A stretch of 64,000 nucleotides of DNA from an uncultured Chloroflexia bacterium. Its GTDB lineage: Bacteria; Chloroflexota; Dehalococcoidia; UBA2979. Under the pieces are notes generated by a model, which did not search any database, was not told where the DNA came from, and was given only the letters and a program-made list of their open reading frames with translations. The position numbers were made by a program, and so were the translations under genes. Of this stretch, positions 27,975 through 37,263 are shown piece by piece (the first letter of the stretch is position 1; every line of letters begins with the position of its first letter). The stretch lies in assembly GCA_963728205.1 (NCBI GenBank), contig CAVSIV010000006.1:1536001-1600000 (forward strand), given 5' to 3'.

Positions 27975-28278
27975 GCGCCTCCGCGCCGCCCGCAAGCGGA
28001 GGCAGACACGCCGCCGACATCGCCGCGCTCGCAAGCGCGACCAAGCGCGCGCCTCCGCGCCGCCCGCAGCGGCGGCAGACACGCCGCCGACATCGCCGCG
28101 CCCGCAAGGGCGCGACCGAGCGCGCGCCTCCGCGCCGCCGCCCGCAAGCGGCGGCAGACACGCCGCCGACATCGCCGCGCCCGCAAGGGCGCGACCGAGC
28201 GCGCGCCTCCGCGCCGCCGCCCGCAAGCGGCGGCAGACACGCCGCCGACATCGCCGCGCCCGCAAGGGCGCGACCGAG
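27975..28278. repeat. Tandem array of four 74-79-bp multi-hairpin units (REP/BIME-like)
   Basis: Units start at 27975, 28049, 28124 and 28203; consensus GCGCCTCCGCGCCGCC(GCC)CGCAAGCGGCGGCAGACACGCCGCCGACATCGCCGCGCCCGCAAGGGCGCGACCGAGCGC; no unique spacers. Confidence 0.95.
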
Positions 28279-28288
28279 TGCGATGCGA

Positions 28289-29740
28289 TTACCCCAGGCT
28301 CGTGAGGTACGTGTGCAACCAGGTCGCCGCGCGCTTGCCGTCGGCGATCGCCGTCACCACCAGGTCCGCGCCGTTCACGACGTCGCCGCCGGCGAAGATG
28401 TACGGCACGTTCGTCTGGCCCGTGCGCTGATCCACCTTCACGAGGTTCCACTGGTTGACCTCGATCGGCGCCTGTTGCGCAAAGTCCGGGTCGGCGTTGT
28501 AGCCGATCGCGATCACGACGCAGGTCGCCGGGATCGTGTACTCGGAATCCGGAACCGGCACGGGGCGGCGCCGGCCGCTCTCGTCCGGCTCGCTCAGCTC
28601 CATGCGCACGAGCTGCACCCCGGCGATGTGGCCGGCGTCGTCGCCGACGAAGCGCGTCGGCGTCGTGAGGTAGGCGAAGTGCACGCCCTCCTCGCGGGCG
28701 TGGGTTCGCTCCTCGGCGCGCCCGAGCATCTCCTTCTCGGTGCGCCGGTAGACACACGTGACCTGCCGTGCGCCGAGGCGAATCGCCGTGCGCACGCAGT
28801 CCATCGACGTGTCGCCGCCGCCGATCACGACGACGTCGGTGCCGACCTCGGGACGCCCGCGCAGGCCCTCGGGCAGCTCACGCTCGCTGAGGTTGCCGCG
28901 CACCAGGAAGTCGGTCGCCTGGTAGACGTTCTCGAGATCCTCGCCCTCGACGCGGAGCTGGTTTCCCACGCCGGCGCCGGTGCCGACGAAGACCACGTCG
29001 AACCCCTCGTCGTCGTGGAGTTGCTGTAGCGAGACGTGCTCGCCGACGCGCGTGTTGTTGCGGAACTCCACGCCCATGCGGCGGAGCATCTCGAGCTTCT
29101 CCTCGAGGATCTCCTTGCGCATCTTGAAGTTCGGAATGCCGTAGCGCAGGACCCCGCCCGGCTCCGGCCACATGTCGAAGACCGTGCAGCGGTGCCCGCG
29201 CTCCGCGAGCTCCTGCGCGACCGTCAGCCCGGCCGGCCCGCTGCCGATGATCGCGATGCTGCGCCCCGTCGACGGCGCGACGAACGGCACGGGGAACCCG
29301 CCCAGCTCGCGCCGCTGCGTATCGGTGACGAACGACTCCAGCCGGCCGATGGCGACCGGCGGCTGCTTCGCCCCGTCCGGCCGCAGCGCGAAGCCGACCA
29401 CGCACGCGCCCTCGCAGAGCGACTCCTGCGGGCAGAGCCGGCCGCACATCTCCGGAAGCGTCGACGTCTCGCGGAACTTCGCCGCCGCGCCCAGCGGGTC
29501 GCCCGCGTCGAGCAGCATCAGCGCCGACGGGATGTCGTTGTGCACGGGACACGCGTCCATGCATGGCGCCGAGGGGCAGTCGAGGCAGCGTGCCGCCTCG
29601 ATGATGGCGGCGTCGAGGTCGAGCCGCAGGTATGTCTCGTCGAAGTTGCGGACGCGGTCGGTCGGCGCCTGCTTCGGGACGTGCTGGCGCGGGATGCTCA
29701 GGCGGTTGCGGATGGCCTCGGTACGTTCGTTCGTCGTCAT
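28289..29740 (-). CDS. GltD/SudA/NfnB-like NAD(P)H-dependent Fe-S flavoprotein
   Basis: RCLDCPSAPCMDACP, CGRLCPQESLCEGAC, IGSGPAG, LRYGIP, IGGGDTSMDC, FAGGD. Confidence 0.9.
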   Translation of the reverse strand: MTTNERTEAIRNRLSIPRQHVPKQAPTDRVRNFDETYLRLDLDAAIIEAARCLDCPSAPCMDACPVHNDIPSALMLLDAGDPLGAAAKFRETSTLPEMCGRLCPQESLCEGACVVGFALRPDGAKQPPVAIGRLESFVTDTQRRELGGFPVPFVAPSTGRSIAIIGSGPAGLTVAQELAERGHRCTVFDMWPEPGGVLRYGIPNFKMRKEILEEKLEMLRRMGVEFRNNTRVGEHVSLQQLHDDEGFDVVFVGTGAGVGNQLRVEGEDLENVYQATDFLVRGNLSERELPEGLRGRPEVGTDVVVIGGGDTSMDCVRTAIRLGARQVTCVYRRTEKEMLGRAEERTHAREEGVHFAYLTTPTRFVGDDAGHIAGVQLVRMELSEPDESGRRRPVPVPDSEYTIPATCVVIAIGYNADPDFAQQAPIEVNQWNLVKVDQRTGQTNVPYIFAGGDVVNGADLVVTAIADGKRAATWLHTYLTSLG

Positions 29741-29800
29741 GGTGGGTCTCCCCGGTCGTGCGCGGAGGTTACCAGACCGCCGGGCGCGCAAGCGGCGCGC

Positions 29801-30280
29801 TCAGCGGGCGAGGAGGCGGCGCGCCTCGCGCAGCGCGGACTCAGCCTGGCGCAGCGCGGAGTGTACGTAGTCGTGCCCGTTCGCGGCGCCGCGCCCGGCG
29901 ATCGCGAGGGGGCGGTCCAGCACGTCGCCCGCCCCCTCCAGCGCGGCGGCCGCGGCGTCGACCCCGGCGGCGAGGTGCTCGCGTAGCGGGCGCAGCCGCA
30001 GCTGCTGCGCCGCGAACATCGCCTCGCCGCGGAAGCGACGCAGGTGCAGCGGATCCGACGCGCCGGCGCGCAGCTGATCGAGGACGTGCGGCAGCTCGAC
30101 GTCGAACGCGGCCAACGCGGCGAGGTCGTGGCGCAGCGTCCACCCGGGCCGCTCCAGCGCGGCGCCCAGCCGCGTCTCCGGCAGGTCCTCGAGCAGCGCG
30201 ACGAGCTCCGCGCGCAGCGCGCGCAGGCGGCGCGCGGCCTCGGCGGCGTCGAGCGGACCGTGTGCCTCGTGGTCGGCCAT
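29801..30280 (-). CDS. DinB/MDMPI-like helical protein
   Basis: PGWTLRHDLAALA motif; 159 aa, helical. Confidence 0.55.
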   Translation of the reverse strand: MADHEAHGPLDAAEAARRLRALRAELVALLEDLPETRLGAALERPGWTLRHDLAALAAFDVELPHVLDQLRAGASDPLHLRRFRGEAMFAAQQLRLRPLREHLAAGVDAAAAALEGAGDVLDRPLAIAGRGAANGHDYVHSALRQAESALREARRLLAR

Positions 30281-30376
30281 GCGTGCGCTCCCGGCAGCTT
30301 CCGCGGGCGTGCGCCCGCAGCGGAGGGGTAGGATCGCCCGAATCGCGGGAGTGTGCGAGTGCCGGTGCGAGACCCG

Positions 30377-30760
30377 ATGGCGTCCCTGAAGCGCAGCGCG
30401 CGCCGCGCGCTGACGCTGGCGCTGCTGACGGCGCTCGCGCTGGCACCGGTTGCGTGCGTCTTCGGCGGTGGGTCGCACTCCGCGGAGCTGGCACAGCCGT
30501 CGGCGCTCTGGGCGGCCCCCGCGCACTACGAGAACAAGCTCGTGCGCACGACCGGCGTCGTGGAGGGCTTCCTGCTCGGGACGTCGAACGAGCACTACGT
30601 CGTCGAAGACGCCGCGCCACACCGCGTCCAGCTGCTCGACGTCGATCACGCGCGGCTCGCCGCGATGGCCGGGAAGCGCGTCGCGGTCGTCGGCACGTTC
30701 CACTTCAGCGACACGCGCGGTTACACGATCGACGTGCAGTCGATCAGCGTCGTCGGGTAG
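30377..30760 (+). CDS. Putative lipoprotein with OB-fold-like domain
   Basis: Basic N-terminus, hydrophobic stretch, PVAC lipobox; KLVRTTGVV...GKRVAVVGTF. Confidence 0.6.
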   Translation: MASLKRSARRALTLALLTALALAPVACVFGGGSHSAELAQPSALWAAPAHYENKLVRTTGVVEGFLLGTSNEHYVVEDAAPHRVQLLDVDHARLAAMAGKRVAVVGTFHFSDTRGYTIDVQSISVVG

Positions 30761-30873
30761 CCCGCCCGGCCACCGTGATCTTGCCCCCGCTCGTGGCCCC
30801 GCGTGCTCTGGTATTGTGGCGCGACCCCGAGCGAGGCGACGTAACGAGAGAGCGGGCCGCCGTGCAGGAACCG

Positions 30874-31851
30874 ATGGGACGCGAGTCGGCGACCGCCGAG
30901 ATCGCGGCGATCCACGCGGCTGCGGCGCGCATCCGCGAGAACGTCGACCGGGTCATCGTGGGCGCCGACGAGCCGGTGACGCTCGTGCTGGTCGCGCTGC
31001 TCACGGGCGGCCACGTCCTGCTCGAGGACGTGCCCGGCACCGGCAAGACGACGATGGCGCGCGCGTTCGCGGCCTCCATCGGCGCGCAGTTCCACCGCAT
31101 CCAGTTCACGCCGGACCTGATGCCGTCGGACATCGTCGGCATCAACTTCTTCTCCCAGAAGACGAGCGAGTTCGAGTTCCGCCCCGGTCCGCTCTTCGCG
31201 AACATCGTGCTGGCCGACGAAGTGAACCGCGCGACGCCGCGCACGCAGTCGGCACTGCTCGAGGCGATGGAGGAGCGGACGATCACGGTCGAGGGCGAGA
31301 CGCACCGGCTGCCGGCGCCGTTCGTCGTGCTCGCGACGCAGAACCCGGTCGAGCTCGAGGGCACGTTCCCGCTGCCCGAGGCGCAGCTCGACCGCTTCCT
31401 GGTGCGCCTCAAGGTCGGCTACCCGAGCGAGGACGGCGAGGTCGAGGTGCTGCGCCGCTTCGAGCAGCGCTCGCCGCTCGACGCGCTGACGCCGGCCGTG
31501 CAGGCCGAGGAGCTCGTGTCGCTCGCGGCGGCACTGCCGCGCGTGCACGTCGAGGACGAGCTCGCGCGCTACGTCGTGCGGCTGTGCCGCGCGACGCGCG
31601 AGCACGACGCCTTCGAGCTCGGCGCGAGCCCGCGCGCCTCGCTCGCGCTCTTCCGCGCGGCGCGCGCGTACGCGGCGATCGACGGCCGCGACTACGTGCG
31701 GCCGGACGACATCAAGCGGCTCGCGCACGCCGTGCTCGCGCACCGGCTCGTGCTGTCGTCGAACACGCGCCTGCGCGGACGCACGTCGGACGACGTGCTC
31801 GACGAGATCCTCGCGGACGTGCCGGTGCCGGTCGCCGACGCCGTCTCGTGA
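30874..31851 (+). CDS. MoxR-proper AAA+ ATPase
   Basis: HVLLEDVPGTGKT, RIQFTPDLMPSD, LADEVNRATPRTQSALLE, EGTFPLPEAQLDRF. Confidence 0.95.
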   Translation: MGRESATAEIAAIHAAAARIRENVDRVIVGADEPVTLVLVALLTGGHVLLEDVPGTGKTTMARAFAASIGAQFHRIQFTPDLMPSDIVGINFFSQKTSEFEFRPGPLFANIVLADEVNRATPRTQSALLEAMEERTITVEGETHRLPAPFVVLATQNPVELEGTFPLPEAQLDRFLVRLKVGYPSEDGEVEVLRRFEQRSPLDALTPAVQAEELVSLAAALPRVHVEDELARYVVRLCRATREHDAFELGASPRASLALFRAARAYAAIDGRDYVRPDDIKRLAHAVLAHRLVLSSNTRLRGRTSDDVLDEILADVPVPVADAVS

Positions 31852-31887
31852 GCGCGCGGGTCGTTCGCGGCCCCCGGGGCTGAGGCC

Positions 31888-33183
31888 ATGCGCACGCTGA
31901 TCGCCGAGTCCTGGCTGTTCGCCTCGTCGGTGCTGGTCGCGCTGGGCATGGTCACGGGCTCCGTCGTGATCGTCTCGCTCGGCATCCTGCTGCTCGGCAC
32001 GGGCGGCGCGGCGCGTCTGTGGTCGCGACTCTCGCTCGAGGACGTCGTGGTGGAGCGCTCGCTGAGCGATCACCGCGTCTACGTCGGCGAGACCGTGGCG
32101 GTGAAGCTCACGATCGAGAACCGCAAGGTCGTCCCCGTGCCGTGGCTGGAGGTGCAGCTCACGCTGCCGCGCGGCATGCAGGTGATGGACGCGCGCACGC
32201 ACCTGGGGAGCGCCGGCGCCGTCGTGCTGCAGCGCAGCACGTCGCTCGGGCGGCGCGATCACATCGAGTGGCCGGTGACGCTGCGCGCGATCCACCGCGG
32301 CTACTTCCGCGTGGGGCCGGCACGGCTGCGCTCGGGCGACATCTTCGGGTTCTTCGAGCGCGAGGAGATCGTCGGCGTCCCGGCGGACGCGATCATCGTG
32401 TACCCGCGGACGTACCCGCTGCCGGAGCTCGGTCTCGACAGCGAGCGCCCGTTCGGCGAGCTGCGCGGCGGCAACCGCATCTTCGAGGACCCCTCGCGCG
32501 TGATCGGCGTGCGCGACTACCGCCCCGGCGACCCGATGAAGCGCATCGACTGGAAGGCGACGGCGCGCGCACGACGGCTCCAGGCACGCCTCTACGAGCC
32601 GTCGCGCAGCGAGGCCGTGGTGGTCGCGCTCAACATCCCGACCTTCGCGCAGCCATGGCAGGGCGCGGACCCGGTGCTGCTCGAGCGCGGCGTCGCGGTC
32701 GCGGCGTCGCTCGCGCGCGCGGCCGCCGAGCGCGGCTCGGCCGTCGGGCTGATCGCCAACGGCTCGTACCAGGACGCGGACCGCCCGATCCGCATCGGCG
32801 CCAGCAGCCACGTCCAGCAGCTGACGCACGTGCTCGAGGCCCTGGCGATGGTCACGGCGTTCACCACCTCGCGCATGTCCGGTGAGCTCGAGAGCCGCGA
32901 GCACGCGCTGCCGGCGGGCGCGACGCTGCTCGTGGTGGCGGCGGTGATGACCGAGGACCTCACGGCGTCGCTGCTGCGCCTGCGCGGGCAGGGCCACTTC
33001 GTGCACGTCGTGAAGACGTCGCGTCCGCCGTGGGAGGCGGATCTCGGGCCGATCCGCGTGTCCGAGGTCTTCACGCTGATGGAGCAGTACGAGGCCGAGG
33101 CGGAGCGCGCGGGCATGCCGATCGCACAGCCGGACGAGGCCGCCGCCGCCGCCCTCGGCATGCAGACGCCGGTGCCGGCATGA
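31888..33183 (+). CDS. DUF58-domain protein
   Basis: GVRDYRPGDPMKRIDWKATAR; follows moxR. Confidence 0.92.
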   Translation: MRTLIAESWLFASSVLVALGMVTGSVVIVSLGILLLGTGGAARLWSRLSLEDVVVERSLSDHRVYVGETVAVKLTIENRKVVPVPWLEVQLTLPRGMQVMDARTHLGSAGAVVLQRSTSLGRRDHIEWPVTLRAIHRGYFRVGPARLRSGDIFGFFEREEIVGVPADAIIVYPRTYPLPELGLDSERPFGELRGGNRIFEDPSRVIGVRDYRPGDPMKRIDWKATARARRLQARLYEPSRSEAVVVALNIPTFAQPWQGADPVLLERGVAVAASLARAAAERGSAVGLIANGSYQDADRPIRIGASSHVQQLTHVLEALAMVTAFTTSRMSGELESREHALPAGATLLVVAAVMTEDLTASLLRLRGQGHFVHVVKTSRPPWEADLGPIRVSEVFTLMEQYEAEAERAGMPIAQPDEAAAAALGMQTPVPA

Positions 33184-34826
33184 CGCACCGCTGGCAGCAG
33201 CACATCACCGACTACCTCTACGTGATCACCGAGTCGATCGCGTGGTTCATGCCGATCGCGCTGATCGCGACGTGGGCCGAGCGCGACTTCCTCACGCAGC
33301 TCGCGGCGCGGATCGTCACGCTGCAGCAGACCGGCGCGCAGGAGCGGCTCGTGCTCGCCGACGTTGAGGCGGCGTCGCTCCACGTGATCTCCGGTCCCTC
33401 CGCGCTGCTCGTCGTGCTCACCGGCGTGATCGCCTTCGCGCTGATGCGGGCGTTCAGCCGGGCGCACGTGCAGGGCGGCTTCGCCGCGCTGTCGATGCTC
33501 GTCGCCTCCGTGCTGGTGCTGAACGTGATGCTGCACCTCGCGCTCGGGCACGACCTGCGGTTCTGGGACGGCAGCGGGTTCGCGGGCTACCTCAACGACC
33601 CGGCCGCGCACTTCCCCGATCACCTCGACGTCCGCGCGTTCCTCGCGCACCCGACGGTCGGCCGCCCGCACGGCGCCGCCGCGACGACGACGTTCATCGG
33701 TCTGATCGTGGTCTGGGCGCGGTTCCTGCTCGCCGGCCGCTCGGCCGTCACGTTCCAGCGCGCCGCCCGCTCATTCACGATCGGGTTCGCGGTGTCCCTC
33801 GCGATGGTCGTGGTCGCGAGTCTGAGCGACGTTGCGCCGATCGCCGGCTATGCGGTGCCGTACTTCGTGCTCGGCGTGCTGATGCTGGCGGTCGCGCACA
33901 GCGCGCGGCCGCAGGTGGCGATGGAGGGCGTGGGCCGCAGCGCACCGTGGGTCGTCTCGGTGGCGGTCACGGTGGCGGCGCTCGCCGTCGCGGCGCTCGT
34001 GCTCGGGCTGCTCGCGTTTCTCAACGCGGGCGCGGCGTTCCGCTTCGTCGTCGACGGCTTCTTCGCGCTGACCTCTCAGCTGCTGGTGATCATCGTGACC
34101 CCGGTCTTCTGGGTGATGAGCTTCCTCGTGCACCTCCTGCACATCAACGTGAACCACGAGCTCGTCGCGCCGACCGCGACGCCGGCGCCGGGGCCGGACC
34201 AGGCGCTCGCGCAGGGCGGCCGCAACACCATCGGCGAGCTGCTGCTGTTCGTCGCGAAGTTCGCCGCGCTCGTGCTCATCACGTACGGCTCGTTCCTCGG
34301 CGTGCGCCGGCTGCTCAACCAGCGGCGTCGCGACGAGGACGACGATTTCGTCGAGCTGCGGAGCGCGGACGCGGCTGCGGGTGGGCTCGGCGGGCTGCTG
34401 CGCAACTTCAGGCCGCGGTGGCGCGGGCGCGGCGCCGACGGCGAGTGGATGCGGCGGCACGCGGTCTACCGGCTCTTCGGCCGTGCCGTCCGCGACGCCC
34501 ACGCGCGCGGGCTGAGCATGCGGCCGGGCGAGACGCCGCTGGAGTTCGCCGACGTCGGACGGCGCATGCTCTCCGCCGACCCCTTTCCCGCGATCGCCGC
34601 CGAGTTCGACCGCGCGCGCTACGGCCGGCACTTCGCCGACGACGCGGGGGTGGCCGCGCTCGAGCGGGGGCTCGTCGAGTGGGAGCGCTCGCATCCCGCC
34701 AGCGAGGAGCAGCGCGAGCGCGTGCGCGGCGCGCGGGAGCTCAGCGACGTGCAGCGGCTCGAGGCGAACATCGTGCTCGCGAAGCGAGCGAGCCGCGGCG
34801 ACCGCAACGCGAAGCGGCTCCTCTAG
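33180..34826 (+). CDS. Polytopic membrane protein with C-terminal DUF4129-like domain
   Basis: About 10 TM helices; RPGETPLEF...FDRARYG; ATGA-coupled to DUF58. Confidence 0.78.
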   Translation: MTHRWQQHITDYLYVITESIAWFMPIALIATWAERDFLTQLAARIVTLQQTGAQERLVLADVEAASLHVISGPSALLVVLTGVIAFALMRAFSRAHVQGGFAALSMLVASVLVLNVMLHLALGHDLRFWDGSGFAGYLNDPAAHFPDHLDVRAFLAHPTVGRPHGAAATTTFIGLIVVWARFLLAGRSAVTFQRAARSFTIGFAVSLAMVVVASLSDVAPIAGYAVPYFVLGVLMLAVAHSARPQVAMEGVGRSAPWVVSVAVTVAALAVAALVLGLLAFLNAGAAFRFVVDGFFALTSQLLVIIVTPVFWVMSFLVHLLHINVNHELVAPTATPAPGPDQALAQGGRNTIGELLLFVAKFAALVLITYGSFLGVRRLLNQRRRDEDDDFVELRSADAAAGGLGGLLRNFRPRWRGRGADGEWMRRHAVYRLFGRAVRDAHARGLSMRPGETPLEFADVGRRMLSADPFPAIAAEFDRARYGRHFADDAGVAALERGLVEWERSHPASEEQRERVRGARELSDVQRLEANIVLAKRASRGDRNAKRLL

Positions 34827-34850
34827 CGGGCGAGCGGGCGGGCCCGGCCC

Positions 34851-35588
34851 TCACCGCTCGCCGCGGGCGATGTCGACCGCCGCGCGGACGAGATCCGCGT
34901 TCTCCGTCGCGGGGCGCCCGTCGGGCCGTTCGAGCGTGTCCTCGAAGCCGATGCGCGTCTGCAGGCCGCGCCGCAGCGCCTCGCGCGCCAGCGGCCACGC
35001 CGCGGGGCCGCCGCCGTGCAGCAGGCGCGGCGCGCCGACGCGCGCGGCGTCGAGCACGGCCTCGATGGCGGCGGCGGTGGCGAGCGCCGCTCGCGGGTCG
35101 CGGTCGCGCGGCTCGATCAGCAGCCGCAGGCACGCGTCCTCCAGGCCGGCGGCGAGGAGCGCGCGCGCGTCGTCGGCCGCCCACAGGCCGGCCTCGACGC
35201 CGACGCCGCGGTCGATTAGCAGCCGCGCGAGCTCCACGGCGCCGTCCTCCGACAGGTTCACGGACGCGAAGTCGGGCTGCTCGTCCCAGGCGTGCACGAG
35301 CGCGAGGCGGCGCTCCGGATCGGGTTCGATCCACGCGCCCGTCGAGACGCCGACGGGTAGGCCGGGGGTCGCGGCGCGCAGCGCGCGCATCGTGGCCGCG
35401 ACATCCGCCGGGTCGAGCGTCTGGCGGCCGTCGTGGTTGCGCACGTGCATGTGGACCGCCGCGGCGCCGGCGTCGGCGACGCGCTGCGCGTCCGCGGCGA
35501 CCTCGGCGGGCGCGAGCGGCAGCGCGGCGTGATCGCCGGGCCGGCGGCTCCCGTTGAGGCAGGCCTTGATCCACCAGCCGGCGTTCAT
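34851..35588 (-). CDS. 3-keto-5-aminohexanoate cleavage enzyme family (BKACE/DUF849)
   Basis: KACLNGSR, AGAAAVHMHVR, PDFASVN, TRIGFEDT. Confidence 0.9.
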   Translation of the reverse strand: MNAGWWIKACLNGSRRPGDHAALPLAPAEVAADAQRVADAGAAAVHMHVRNHDGRQTLDPADVAATMRALRAATPGLPVGVSTGAWIEPDPERRLALVHAWDEQPDFASVNLSEDGAVELARLLIDRGVGVEAGLWAADDARALLAAGLEDACLRLLIEPRDRDPRAALATAAAIEAVLDAARVGAPRLLHGGGPAAWPLAREALRRGLQTRIGFEDTLERPDGRPATENADLVRAAVDIARGER

Positions 35589-36331
35589 CGGTCGCGTCCT
35601 CCTCCGGGCGTGGCGGGGCGCAGCATGGCGAGCCCGTGCTCGATCGCCAGCACCCCCGCGCGTGCGCAGCGGTCGGTTTGCGCGCAGAACGCGATGTCGT
35701 CGCCGAAGCCCTGCGCGACGAGCCGCGCGCCGTGCCGCGTCGCGCCCAGCGCGGCCGCGAGATCGTCGCGCACGGCGCGGAAGTCCGCGATCGCACGCGC
35801 GGCCTCGTCGCCGGGCGCGGCGCCGGCGGTGGCGAGGCGGTCGGCGAGGAGGCCCGCCGCCAGGCGGTCGTCCTCGGACGGCGCGCCTCCCGTGCCCGAG
35901 CAGACGACGAGCACGTCGCGGCCGGCCGCGAGCGCGAGCGCGACGGCCGCCGCCGCGTTCAGCGGCGCGGCGGCGACGGTGAGCGGGGCCGCGGCGCAGG
36001 CGTGGAGGGCGGGCGTGCCGTTCGTGGTGGCGATGACCGCGCGGCGCGCCGGCAGGTCGGGCAGGCCGGCGAACTCCGACGGCGAGTTGCCGAAGTCGAA
36101 CCCGGGCGGCGGCAGCGAGTCGACCTCGCCGCAGAGCAGGACCGGGCCGGTCTCCGCGAGGCGGTCGCGCAGTGCGCGCGCCGCATCGACCGACGCCGCG
36201 GGATAGATCGCCTCGACGCCGCGTCCGAGCAGCACGGCCATGACGGAGGTCGCGCGCAGCACGTCGACGACGAGGCACGTCTGGCGCGCGGGCGGATCCG
36301 CGGGCGGCAGGAGGGCGACGTCGACGCGCAT
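35585..36331 (-). CDS. comB: 2-phosphosulfolactate phosphatase family protein
   Basis: VVDVLRATS, LLCGE, FDFGNSP, TTNGT, EDDRLAAG. Confidence 0.9.
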   Translation of the reverse strand: MRVDVALLPPADPPARQTCLVVDVLRATSVMAVLLGRGVEAIYPAASVDAARALRDRLAETGPVLLCGEVDSLPPPGFDFGNSPSEFAGLPDLPARRAVIATTNGTPALHACAAAPLTVAAAPLNAAAAVALALAAGRDVLVVCSGTGGAPSEDDRLAAGLLADRLATAGAAPGDEAARAIADFRAVRDDLAAALGATRHGARLVAQGFGDDIAFCAQTDRCARAGVLAIEHGLAMLRPATPGGGRDR

Positions 36332-36419
36332 CGCGGGAGTGTAGCGGCGCCGCCCGGGAAACACGTGCTACCTTCGATTCACCGGCAGACCGAGGCGGGC
36401 GGGGACCGGTGGAGGTGCG

Positions 36420-37250
36420 ATGCACGCCACGGTCGGGATCTTCGACTCCGGCGTCGGCGGCCTCTCCGTCGCTGCCGCGCTGCACCGGCTGCGCCCCTCG
36501 CTCGACATCCGCTATCTCGCCGACACCGCGTACTTCCCCTACGGCGACCGCTCGGAGGCCGAGGTGACCGCGCGCGCGCTCACCGTGGCGCGCCTGCTGA
36601 TCGACGCCGGCTGCACGATGCTCGTCGTCGCCTGCAACACCGCCTCCTCGGCCGCGCTCGAGCCGCTGCGCGCGACCTTCGACGTGCCGATCGTCGGCAT
36701 GGAGCCGCCGCTGAAGCCGGCCGTCGAGCGCAGCCGCAGCCGGCGTGTCGCCGTGCTCGGCACCGTCGCCACCAGCACCGGCGCGCGGCTCGCGCGTCTG
36801 CGCGCCACGTACGGCGCCGATGCGCACGTCGACGTCGTGCCGATGCCGGGCCTCGCGGACATGGTGGAGGCCGGCGAAGTCTCCGGCGCGCGCGTGGAGC
36901 GCGCGCTCGGCGAGGGGCTCGCCGGGCCGCTGCGCGACGGCGTCGACCAGGTCGCGCTCGGCTGCACGCACTACGCGTTCCTGCGCGGGCCGCTCGAGGC
37001 GATCGTCCCGCCGGGCGTGGAGGTGATCGACCCGGCAGAGCCGGTCGCGCGGCGCGTGGTCTCGCTGCTCGCGGAGGCCGGCACCGAGCCGGCGCCGGGC
37101 GCGGAGCCCGCCGCGGTCGTCTGTTACGCTACCGGCGACCCCGCCCGCTTCGCCGCGACCGTCGACCGGCTGCGCGCCGCCGGCGCGGCGCTGCCGCCGC
37201 TGCGCGTCGCGACGCTCGAGCAGGCGGAGGACGGCGCGCGCACCCGCTGA
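36420..37250 (+). CDS. murI: Glutamate racemase
   Basis: GIFDSGVGGLSV, PYG, VACNTAS, LGCTHY. Confidence 0.96.
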   Translation: MHATVGIFDSGVGGLSVAAALHRLRPSLDIRYLADTAYFPYGDRSEAEVTARALTVARLLIDAGCTMLVVACNTASSAALEPLRATFDVPIVGMEPPLKPAVERSRSRRVAVLGTVATSTGARLARLRATYGADAHVDVVPMPGLADMVEAGEVSGARVERALGEGLAGPLRDGVDQVALGCTHYAFLRGPLEAIVPPGVEVIDPAEPVARRVVSLLAEAGTEPAPGAEPAAVVCYATGDPARFAATVDRLRAAGAALPPLRVATLEQAEDGARTR

Positions 37251-37263
37251 CGAGGAGTCGCCC

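Noticed and set aside
27975-28278. CRISPR array
   Set aside because: Units are 74-79 bp and near-identical throughout, with no unique spacers and no cas genes in the window.
35585-36331. Coenzyme M biosynthesis
   Set aside because: ComB homologs are widespread in bacteria without CoM, and comA/comC/comDE are absent here.
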